A DNA stretch of 62,319 nt, counting the filler, from Choristocarpus tenellus KU-1152 (lineage: Eukaryota; Protista; Phaeophyceae): NCBI GenBank assembly GCA_964200185.2. It is 8 parts of 8 records of this genome, joined end to end, with 100 filler letters (N's around TTAATTAATTAA, not from the genome) between each part and the next. Parts side by side here need not be neighbours in the genome. Positions count along the whole stretch, not along the records: positions 31,570 to 43,693 come from CAXNAD020001967.1; positions 43,794 to 46,493 come from CAXNAD020025529.1; positions 46,594 to 50,111 come from CAXNAD020019494.1; positions 50,212 to 54,892 come from CAXNAD020013483.1; 4 more parts are not named here. One strand, written 5' to 3'. Position numbers and translations under genes: made by a program. The notes below the pieces were generated by a model, which saw nothing but the letters and a program-made list of their open reading frames with translations, ran no database searches and was not told the DNA's origin. Below, piece after piece: positions 41,501 to 51,639 of this stretch (positions are counted from its first letter, which is position 1; every line of letters begins with the position of its first letter).

Positions 41501-41648
41501 GCAACCTTCTCCTTCCTGGGCGGCGAGAACATGCGGGGCTTCCTCCCCTTGACTTTGACGTATGGTACGTTGTGTGTGCAGTGCAGGTTGGTGAAGGGTA
41601 GTTCAAAGGAAGAGGTCTTGTGTGTTCCATTCGCATGTGTTGTTGAGA
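38555..41648 (-). CDS. JHY: JHY (DUF4591)-like ciliary protein, 3' exons
   Basis: Exons 41648-41457, 40095-39910 and 39106-38555 join in phase 0. Motifs EYVPCTLKEYK...VELGKLQPD...ERVKEFS...SARSRALEFARRIPLP...LEALELLHDDMRRRVQAMR resemble the JHY C-terminal pattern (YxPYTLKDY; KLGxLGP; ALEYAKxIPKP; LxxLxxRH). Confidence 0.7.
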
Positions 41649-42378
41649 CTGGAATCAGGAGGCATATATACACAGCAAGGGCACCGGGTACGAGTTAGTC
41701 TTGGGGGGATAGGGTTAAGGTTTTGTGTCATTGTTGAGGGGGTAGGCTGTGTGATACGAAAAGAAGAATGTCGCCTGATACCGTTTCCAATATATTGTTT
41801 ATTGTCCTGATAGATTGTTACGCCTTAACCTTGGCATCACTTCAAATACAAGGGAGTGGCAAGTGCAAGAGTGCATGGGATACTCTGATTCTGGTTCAGG
41901 TCGGGTGGTGTTTGTCTTGAGGGAAGCATATTTTCTGCTTATTCTGAAGTCTAGAAGCATTCTGAGCTATCACAGGGTTTGTAGTCATTTTTGTGAAATT
42001 TTCTCTTTCAAGGTTGAGAAATGTGCTAGAGGAACAATTAATCACTGAGTGGGTGACTAAAGTTAGCCCAGCATGTAAGACCCTCAAGAGTACTAGTTGT
42101 ACAGATAGGGAGACAAGTCAATCTACAATTTATATTATGGAGGCCTGTTGGCCATGTGGGAAAACAGTCAACTCTGCATTTTAACAAATAAATAAAATGC
42201 AACCTAAGCATATAGTGCCCTCATACCCCCATATGACTCTAAGAATCCAAGGTACAAGCTCATACACGTGTTGGCTCACTACTCAATCCTGGTCCTTAGA
42301 ATCCAATTTCATTTATCACTCACTGAGTCACATGCTTCCACATTTAGTTGGCCTTCATCTCCCACAATTTTGTTGGAC

Positions 42379-43000
42379 CTGGCAGAAGAGCATGGTGCAG
42401 AGGGAGGGTTAGGAGTGTGCTGTCGGTGCCGTTGGTCTAGTCCCTGCAGCTGTTCCTTCCCAGACCCTTGCCTCAGGCCGTCAAACTCTCGGCGATTTCC
42501 ATGTGATAGCCCCTGCCTTGGTCTGTGTTCATTGCCATACCGTTCCCCACGCCTTTCCCACTGTCTGTGTTCCTGCAATCTCCCTGATCCTGACAAACGC
42601 CCCTGCTTTTGCCCCTGTTCTAGATGTTCAATATATTCATAGTCTTGCACCCGGCTGTTGTTCTCACATATACTTCCTCCCTGCAATCTATGATCTGTTT
42701 GGCATCTTTGTTTGTCCTCTGGCAACTGCTCTTCCTGTAGATGTTCCTCTTGCCTCTCCCCCAACTGATTTAATTGGGGGGGACTGACAGGATATCCTCT
42801 CAGAAAAGTCGTACTTGTGCTTTGCTTGTGGGCTTGACTGCATTTGCTCTTGTTGCTGCCTCCACTCTCATCACTCTCAGGCCTCTGAGGGTTAGGGTTG
42901 GAACAGCCTAAACCAGGATTTGAACCTTGTATAGGGGTCTTTTTGTCTCTGCCATACACAGTGCCCCTTGTGTCTGACAGATAATATCCTTGAGAGCTGT
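42379..43000 (-). CDS. Possible upstream exon of the JHY-like gene (low-complexity, Q/E/R/G-rich)
   Basis: Long open frame within ORF 42309-43352 with protein-like composition. Splice phase to the 41648 exon is unresolved and boundaries are approximate. Confidence 0.4.
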
Positions 43001-43177
43001 GTTTGGAAGAGGTACAGGTTACAGTGATTGAGGGTAGAATTATTTTCACTGGGAACACATGTGGTTCTAGAGTGCCTCGGCTTAGCATTGCTATCCGTTT
43101 GATGTTGCTTCGTTTGCCATTATTGCGAGGAACTGCTTGTATCCTAACCTTGACTCTGTGTGTATATGTGTATGTGT

Positions 43178-43433
43178 GACCCAAAGTATTTAAGAGCGTA
43201 GGAGTTCTGCCCTGTTTGTCTGTTCGGGGCTTGGCTTCACCATTTTTTTTTGCCCTTTTTCGGTTTTCTGTGTGAATGCAGTTACCTAAAATGTATACGA
43301 CTATGAAAGATTTGTCCGGAGCAAGGATATTGACACTTGCTAACAAACACAATAGCCAAAATCCATCAAAATATCAACATTGGATTTATGACCCCGAACA
43401 GACCCAACCCTATCCGCTTAAGTGCTTTGGCCC
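43178..43433 (-). mobile_element. MITE family A, complete copy in reverse orientation (256 bp), TSD TGT
   Basis: TIRs gacccaaagtatttaagagcgta / tatccgcttaagtgctttggccc; tgt at 43175-43177 and 43434-43436. Confidence 0.85.
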
Positions 43434-43628
43434 TGTGAATGAAGAATATATATATTCTGTGTACACCAACTATTGAATTCAAGGTGTATAAATCACTTAT
43501 TGTAAGTTCTGTCAAGATATCAAGAAACCACTGATCCACCATGGCAGAAAGGTTCCAAGTGTGGAGAAGCAAGTCTAGTGCCTCCGCAATACAATCAATA
43601 TCTTAGCAAGTTCCTGAAAAAGTAACAA

Positions 43629-43693
43629 GACCCAAAGTATCTGGGGGGGGGGGGTCTACACCAGGGTGTCCATTTTGGGCCATAACCAGGAAA
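43629..43693 (+). mobile_element. End of poly-G subfamily MITE (truncated by gap)
   Basis: gacccaaagtatctggggggggggg...tctacaccagggtgtccatt is near-identical to 43827-43896. Confidence 0.75.
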
Positions 43694-43826
43694 NNNNNNN
43701 NNNNNNNNNNNNNNNNNNNNNNNNNNNNNNNNNNNNNTTAATTAATTAANNNNNNNNNNNNNNNNNNNNNNNNNNNNNNNNNNNNNNNNNNNNGTGGGGG
43801 CTGGCTGTCCATTCGGGGTCCATTTT

Positions 43827-44143
43827 GACCCAAAGTATCTGGGGGGGGGGGAGGGGGGGTCTACACCAGGGTGTCCATTTGGGGCAAAACCAGGAAAAGT
43901 GCACCTTCATTATCCATCCGACGTATGAAACCAAATCACACAAAAGACGCGACAAAAAAAAATTGGCCCCAAATGGACAGCCACCACACACACACCCCAG
44001 ATATTTTGAGCCTTTTTCCATGTCGCAATTTTTGGGCGAATTTGGCTGCATGCGTTGGATGGATAATGTATGCGCACCTCTCCTGGTCAGGGCCCGAATG
44101 GACACCCCGGCGTAGACCCTCCCCCTCCGATATACTTTGAGCC
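43827..44143 (+). mobile_element. MITE family B (poly-G TIR subfamily), ~317 bp
   Basis: Left end gacccaaagtatctgggggggg...tctacaccagggtgtccatt; inverted right end aatggacaccccggcgtagaccctccccctccgatatactttgagcc. Confidence 0.8.
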
Positions 44144-46255
44144 CATTATCTTGAAAATTGGAAGATTAGAAAACACCTCGCTATTGACTATCTCAACCGT
44201 TTCCCAGTAACATCTGATACAATATAGCGCTTTTGAGCTTGTGCTGGTACCCTCCCACCTACTTTATAAGCGCAGAGGTCTGGCTGCCTGAACATATTAT
44301 TAGCCATTGCGCCGAGCCCACTGCTCTGCAGCGTTGACTCAATGGACGGAGGGAGCTGTTGACCTAGCCTGGTGTGGTTGCCCTCTTGAAGCATGGCTAC
44401 CAGTGTTGCAATTGCTATTGCCTTGACTGCCACTCCTAGTGCTGCTACCATTGTCACTACAACTGTTGCTGTCTCTATGTCCACTGCTTGCACTATCATG
44501 ACTGGCGGTGTCCCTGCAGCTGGTTGGTCACTGCAACTCAATCATCTGTCCCCAATGTTTGTCCTCTCAGAGTTAGGGGTGTGTTCACACCAACTCGGTG
44601 GTGTTGGCCGTTCACGTAGGGATGAGTGATGTAAGGGGGTGGGGGTGTAAGTGTGCATAGATGTAAAAGGCGTGTTAGCACCTAACACGCGACAATGTGC
44701 ACCTGAATTGAATTGCAATTTTTCAAGATATGTCTGAAATACTGTGATACTAGTAGAAAACGATACAGAAATATCACTATACTCTATATATTATATTTGG
44801 TTGATACAGCACAGCAGTAGCAGTTGTAATGGCACTAGCAGCAGTAGTATATGATAGAAGATACAAATAGAGTGAATCGAAAATAGGGAGGCATGGCCAG
44901 GATGTGGCCGACCCAAGGATTAGAAAAAAATTACACAACAGGATACACATAAAATGTTCCAACATGGCCGAGTCCATGACCATCACAACTCAACACAGTC
45001 AGGCCCACCGGCCATGTAAAACGTAGATGTAAGAACACGACTGAGTTCATGGCAATTGACCGTTTCGACATGACTAGGCCCCAGGCCTGCCCGCCCCCAT
45101 ATGGCCAACAGCAGTGGGCATACTAACTATCCGGTCCATTGAAACATCCTGAGAAAAACCTTCTTACAGTCTCCAAACACATCCAAATTCTGTTTTGACA
45201 TGATTCCGTTTCCTGAGTATTCAGCGCACACAATATGTTAAGATACAACACTATGTGCAGCCCACACGGAATTATAAAGTCCATGTCCCATGTGTGTGGT
45301 TAGTCTGTTTTTTTTGCTAGCCTCTTGGTAATCTCAGGTTGAGGGAGCTTGTGGAGTCCAGAGAATTGCTGCTTGCCCACGGCTTGGTAAAATAATAATG
45401 ATAACATACGCATATTGATAAATATCAAAATAATACTTAAAAATACAAAGGCGTTTCTGGACAAGCTATTTACAGAGAGGGTTACATTTTATGGATAAAA
45501 TGAATCATGCTATCTCATTTGTCATATTGAGTTGATAGGATGCATGTCTTTGTAACCTCCCCCAACCTGTTTTATTTTTCATTAGTGGTACTACTATTGT
45601 CGGTTTGAGGTACTGCTATTGTTACTAATATTGTTATTAAATTTTATTAAATATATATCATTATTGTTGCTCTTTATTACAATACTACTACTGATACTGC
45701 AAAAAATAATATGTTATCTCGCTGTCAGCATCGCTTCCCCTGTCACCTCGAACTGCCCGCCTCACACCTTCCACCAAACCCCTCCCTTCCTACCACACCA
45801 CCCTACCTTGCACCTACTCCATTATAGGCACGTAATTTCACTGCTGCATTGTCTACTTTGCAGTATTTACAAAAAAACAAGGATAGCATGTACATTCTAC
45901 CTAAGTTGTGCCGTTTTTATTTGTAATGGACACTATTATTATCATATCGGATACCTAATGTCTGGGTCACGCTGAGACTGTGCAACTACTACGGATATTA
46001 TTGAGGGGGTGAGAAACGCCGGAGGAAAAACACAAGTGCATCCCCATTGGCTCAAAAATTGCGTTTTTTTTTCTATTGGTGAAAACAAAATGTTACGAGT
46101 GAGGTTCGTTCTCGTACCTTTTAATACACTCTATTTGGCCTTCAAATATGTATGTAGTTTATTTTTGTATATTCTTGTTGTAACCGACCCACCGGAATAT
46201 GCATATATATATATATATATTAATTAAAAACAAAACAAAAAATATTTTTTTGCAG

Positions 46256-46435
46256 AACGAGACAAACAATGCGCGCGAACGGGCAGCTTTGAGGGCAAAC
46301 TTTCTCAACAAAGCCAAAATGGCCGAGGATCGGGAAGGAAGGCGTTTGGCTCACCAACAGCAGGAAGTAACACGCCGAAGAGTCAGGGAGTGTTTGGAGG
46401 CAAGGAAGAGGGAGGAGGCGTCAAGACACATTCAG
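46256..46435 (+). CDS. Orphan internal exon, coiled-coil protein
   Basis: ttttgcag acceptor, 180-nt frame NETNNARERAALRANFLNKAKMAEDREGRRLAHQQQEVTRRRVRECLEARKREEASRHIQ, then CAG|GTGCGT donor. Confidence 0.7.
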
Positions 46436-46593
46436 GTGCGTGCTTATAATGATAAGCCATGCACGCATGTTGTTGGGGGGGTGGGGGGGGGGGNNNNNNN
46501 NNNNNNNNNNNNNNNNNNNNNNNNNNNNNNNNNNNNNTTAATTAATTAANNNNNNNNNNNNNNNNNNNNNNNNNNNNNNNNNNNNNNNNNNNN

Positions 46594-46720
46594 ACGAGTT
46601 TTGCCCTGTTTGTCCATTTGGGGCTTGGCTTCCCGCGCTTTTTTTATGACATTTTCCTACTCCAAAATGTTTCGGACTAGGTAAAATGTATGTAATGAAA
46701 AGGTGTGTCTGGAATTCTAG
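46594..46720 (-). mobile_element. Partial MITE family A copy at contig edge
   Basis: acgagttttgccctgtttgtccatttggggcttgg...ctactccaaaatgtttcggactaggtaaaatgt is the reverse complement of the right half of the MITE. Confidence 0.75.
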
Positions 46721-47125
46721 GAGCTGTCCAGTGACGCTTGGGACCTCAATTGTGGACAAGTCGCTCAAAAGATCACTGTGTGTCCAAGGTGAGTCAGACA
46801 GGAGTTGTTCAAGGAGCTGGAGGTGGAAAGGGGTTAGGTTATCACTTCGTGGGCGTGATGCATGAGGATTCCTGGATTGATCATTAGGTAAGGCCCACAT
46901 TCCTCCTTGAACTCACCCTAGAGCCTAAGTAAGAGCGTCAGCAAAAAAAAAGGGTTAGTAGAGACGTGGTGGGAGCCGAGTTATCTGCTGATACTCATTG
47001 GAAAATGAGGCCTTTGGCTGGATCTCCGACTTTTTGTGAATGCGTTCCATCATTTTAATGTAATCCTTATGGTGTAACACATATCTAGGTTGCAGGTGGT
47101 TCATTCTCTCTCTTATCCACCAAAT

Positions 47126-47720
47126 GGGTCAAAGTATCTGGGGGGGGGGGGGGGGCTGGCATCCGTTTTTCACCCTTTTTTCGATTTTCCCTTTTTGGTG
47201 TGATTTGGTTGCACGTGTCGGATTTGAAATGTCAGCAAAAAAAGGAAGACTCTAGGTTAGGTTCCTTTCTGTCCTTGCGTACGCAAGAGGAATGGGAATA
47301 TATTCCGCAATTTATTTGGGTTTGGTTAGAGTTTTGATGTTTGCATGTGTCGGATTTCGAGTCTGTTCAAACTGGATTATTGGTTTATGTATGTTGGTCG
47401 TGCAGTTACGATGAAGAATAAGAGATATGGGTTAGGTTGTTCGAGGGCTGGATATTGGTTTGTTTGGTTGCATGAGTGGGATTTGGTTAGCACATAAAGA
47501 GGGCTGTCGGTTAGGGTGAGGAATTGAAAAAAATATTATGGGCTGTTGCGAGGTTTGTTTTTTTCGTTTATTTGCTTGCATGAATCGTGTCTGGTATGTA
47601 CATAAGGACTGTCAGTTCGGGCCTGTTCTCCCAGTGTGTGCACGAGGAACCAAAACATGTATCATGTACAGTTTAAATGTAATACTTCGTTTATTTGCGT
47701 GCATGTGTCGGATTTAGTAT
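47126..47720 (+). repeat. TIR (poly-G subfamily) plus degenerate subterminal repeats
   Basis: gggtcaaagtatctggggg at 47126. A ttg(g/c)ttgcatgtgtcggattt-like motif recurs at ~47205, 47338, 47463, 47572 and 47695, spaced ~110-135 bp apart. Confidence 0.7.
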
Positions 47721-47846
47721 GTAAACAGACGTGGTTGTCGCTGAGAGCGTTAGGGTTGAAGTTGTTGGTATGAAGGAAGGGAAAAGGGTCAGGTTTTGCT
47801 TTCGGGTTAGTGTATTATATCTCTCATGCAATTGTGTGGACAGAAT

Positions 47847-50051
47847 CTAGAGGTGTATGCGAATGGCTATTAGGTCAAGGTCTATTTTCGTATGTTTCTC
47901 TAAAAGTATTTCAACGTACACTTCCAGAGGTCCTGGTTTGGTGCTGTGCTTAGGAGCATCGTGTGTGGACTTCGGTATATGATCCTCCAAGATTCGAAGG
48001 AGGACGAGATCGGTTCTAGTTTGTCGACACTTGGACAAAGTAAGAGGTGGTGCATAGAGTATTGAGAAGAAGGGAGGAGGTGCGTTATAGTGTTCAAGGA
48101 ATATATAGCGACTTTGAGAAGGACAGGGTGTCCATCGCAGGCCCTGGCGAATTGTTTGGAAAGGTTAGCTGAGAAGATGGAGAAGAGTTGTTTGATTGAT
48201 GTAGTATATTTTAGTTGTCTATAAACCTTGTAGCAGACACGCTCTTTTAAACAAATAATAACGCAGGTCTAATCCTCAACGTGAGCATGATATATGATAC
48301 GCTGACGACTCTGATTGGTAGCAATGTATCCGATACCACTGTCTAAATTCATAACTCATGGAATGGAAAGTGCATGAAATTGGTAGTCAGACACCAAGGC
48401 AAGGTACACTGAAGCATAAATCAGTGTACCCGTAACCCTACCTGTACTTCAATAAGAAACTGAAACGACTGAAGCCCTATTCCAATTGGTGGGTGGACTC
48501 GAAACTGCAGTCCTCACCATTCTCCCACCACTCTGTGAGCTTAGGGTATGCCTCGACAAGAAGGTGCCATAGATTTAGGCGTGTGGAGTAGTACCTGGCA
48601 TTCCAAGGTTCGGGCTTCACGAGGATCAAGAAGATAACCTTCCTCGACTGGAATGCTTCCACATGCTCATGACGCAACGTGTTGCCTGGCTTTCCTCCAC
48701 GATTGCCGAGTTTAGCCTGTGTGGGCTCGTGGACGTAGCATTCATCCCCGAAAACAAGAGAAACGGCCCCTTTACAGAACTTGATGATCCTGAACCCATG
48801 GTCGTATATGACTTGGGTGAGGATTTGAGTCTGCGCTCGATACTGTGAAGAAGCAGGTTTCGTTGCCGATCGTAGGAGCTCGGTAACGCACGCCTCCATG
48901 AAGGCTTCAGTGATCCCCACATTGGATGCATTGCCGGAGTCGGCCGTGTCCTGTGTGACGCAATCCTCATCACCATGAGATGACCTTTCATCGTCATCGT
49001 CATACCTCGAGGTAGATGAACATGGATTTACCGCGTATCTGCCGATTTTGGCAGAAGTGAAGACGTCTGCAAAGAAGTCAAGTTCTAAAGCGCTGCCATC
49101 AGGACCACGAGGCTGTTTGAAGGGTCTCATCTGTCCAGCACCTTCTCTCACCCCCTTCTTCCTAATTAGCGTCCTTTTCCCCTTTCCTTTGCCCTTCTCG
49201 GAAGGCTTGTCCCTCGGTGTTGGGGTAGGATCGGCATGGACGTGGTTCTCACTTCGCCTCACAGTACGATCGTAGGTGTTCTGTGGCACTTGTGACTCAT
49301 TGCCACCGCTGCCCACCGAATGGGCGTTTGGGGACATTCTGTGGCCACTGCCAATAGGCATGGACTCCGAGTCCGTGCCTGAACGCCCACCCACGTCCCC
49401 CTGTACAAGTTCCTCTGGACCTGACAAAGCGTCACAATTGGGTTGATCCTCATCGCCTTCAGTCTTCTCTCAACCTGTTCTTCCGAAATATCGTCCTTTT
49501 ACCCTTTCCGTTCAGCTTTCACGGAAGGCTTGTCCCTTGGTGTTGTGGTTGGATGAGCATGAGCGTGGTTATCACTTTGCCCCACAGTATCACGGCAGGT
49601 GTTCCCTGGCACATTGGACTCGTCGCCGCCACTGCCCACGAAATGGGCGTTTGGGGACATACATGGGTCACTCCTGACAGGTGTGAACTCTGAGTCCCTG
49701 CCTAGCTGCCCCCTCTCGTCTTCCCTGCGCAAGTTCCTCTGGACCTGACAAAGTGTTACAAACGGGTTGGTTCCCATCGATTTCAGAGTCGTGTTCCGAG
49801 GGTGTGATTGTATGCCTCCCCCCTCATAGAGTCCTGCTTCCCGTACCTACTGCAGGGCTAGGTGATGGGTTATCTTGTTCCTCTTCATCACCTGGTGGGT
49901 TGGGTCTTCCACAAGGTATAGGCGTGGATATGCCACCAGCTACCAGTGTCTTCACCAGTGCAAAATTGCAGAAGGTGGAGAGTTCGTCCATGAGGAATTT
50001 GATACGATTCGGATCGAGGTTGTCCCCGAGGGCGGTGCATGTGATCACCAT
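47847..50051 (-). pseudogene. Unidentified decayed protein-coding region (316-aa ORF plus flanking fragments), probably transposon-borne
   Basis: ORF 48477-49427 plus protein-like fragments at 49824-50051, 49499-49777 and ~47847-48170, with an internal ~320-bp duplication and frameshifts. Cut at 50055 by a MITE. Confidence 0.45.
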
Positions 50052-50054
50052 GCC

Positions 50055-50111
50055 GAGTGAGCGTATCTTAGAGGGTACGAGTTTTGTCCTGTTTGTCCAT
50101 TTGGGGCTTGG
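50055..50111 (-). mobile_element. MITE family A end (truncated by gap)
   Basis: gagtgagcgtatcttagagggtacgagttttgtcctgtttgtccatttggggcttgg. Confidence 0.75.
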
Positions 50112-51639
50112 NNNNNNNNNNNNNNNNNNNNNNNNNNNNNNNNNNNNNNNNNNNNTTAATTAATTAANNNNNNNNNNNNNNNNNNNNNNNNNNNNNNNNN
50201 NNNNNNNNNNNCCCCCCCCCCCCCCCCCTCAGATACTATGACCGAGCGAAATGGGAAACATGTGTGACTGTTAGTATACTATTGCACCATTGTATTACCC
50301 GAGTCCATTAACAAAAATGAGGTGTAATGTACAAACGAGGCACAAAATGAATACCTGATCAGGATAAAATTAGTCTAAGGCTGATGGTGTGTGGTCAGCA
50401 CACCAATCAAGCTTACGAGGTCTGAGAGTATGGGATCAGCATATTAATCAGCCTAACGACTAGGCGAGATTTAAATGTGGCTAGCATATAGGGTCTCTAT
50501 TATCTTGTATAAAACAGAGGATAAATTCAGAATGGGGATATGAGGAGCAAACACTACATAAGATGTCAACAAACGGTTTGACTAGTGTTTGTTGTTCGAC
50601 ATTGCTATACGGGTGTTATACAATGATTTGATCACAACTCCGATGCGTGAAAACAACATCACGCGTTACATGACCAAATCAACACAGCAAATAACGAGAT
50701 CAAACGTGTCCGCCCACTCTCCTTCCTCAATTCTGACATCGATTGGAATACTGTTCACAACGACAACAATGTTCCAAATGGACAACTTGGACGTACGATG
50801 TTGGTGGCTCAACTCTCCTAAAACGATACGAGGTGACTGTACGGTCATTACACCATGTCAGGGGAATCATGCCATTCGAAAAATAAATAAATAACATGTA
50901 TGGCTCACCTGAAGTCTCCATCTCATACTTGGTGGTAGACTTGAATCTTCATTTTTTTCTGTTTTAGGATGGGATTAGTCATTTCATGAGGGATGATCAA
51001 TAAATCAATTTAATGAAAATGTGACATGATGTAATGAACAGCCACCTTTAGCACACAAGTGCTAATTGCTAATGTATTAATGTGCCCGGTGATACGGTCT
51101 CTTCACCACCGCATGTATCCACTCATGCAAACGAGGAGAGTTGAGAGATCAAATTCATTGTATGTTAATTTATCTAAATCCACCAACATTTATGTATAGT
51201 CTATTTGCAAGGATTGATAAACCTGGTAAACACGATATGCCAAGTAAGAGTAGGATGTGAACAGCTTAACTGATATATGTTATCAATTATCTCATATCTT
51301 CACAAAACGATAGACTATACCCATCTATGACAAAATGACACACAAACGATTTGTCTGAACTAGATGGACAACCTATGTAAAGGGTTGTAGTATGTGGGTA
51401 CACGAGATCTGGCCAAGAGACAGTAGTCTTAAAGATAAGTACATAAACATCAAATTAAACAAACAAATACAAATTTGGCAATGATCTGTACCACTCACAC
51501 ACACGATAATCTCTTTACTGACACGATAGGTTACAACATGACGGCAATGCATGATATACAGACTACGCAAAGGAGTATGATAACAGTTAACACGAATTCT
51601 CAAGTTAACACTGTGTGAGACGAGAATTTTACTGGTTAT

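Noticed and set aside
42309-43352. 347-aa ORF as a single-exon gene
   Set aside because: Its 5' part lies within the MITE at 43178-43433 and a TG-rich tract. Only the distal part looks like a real exon.
44188-44629. ORFs on both strands, possibly an LTR gag/protease junction
   Set aside because: Low-complexity sequence with no diagnostic motif, so no call can be supported.
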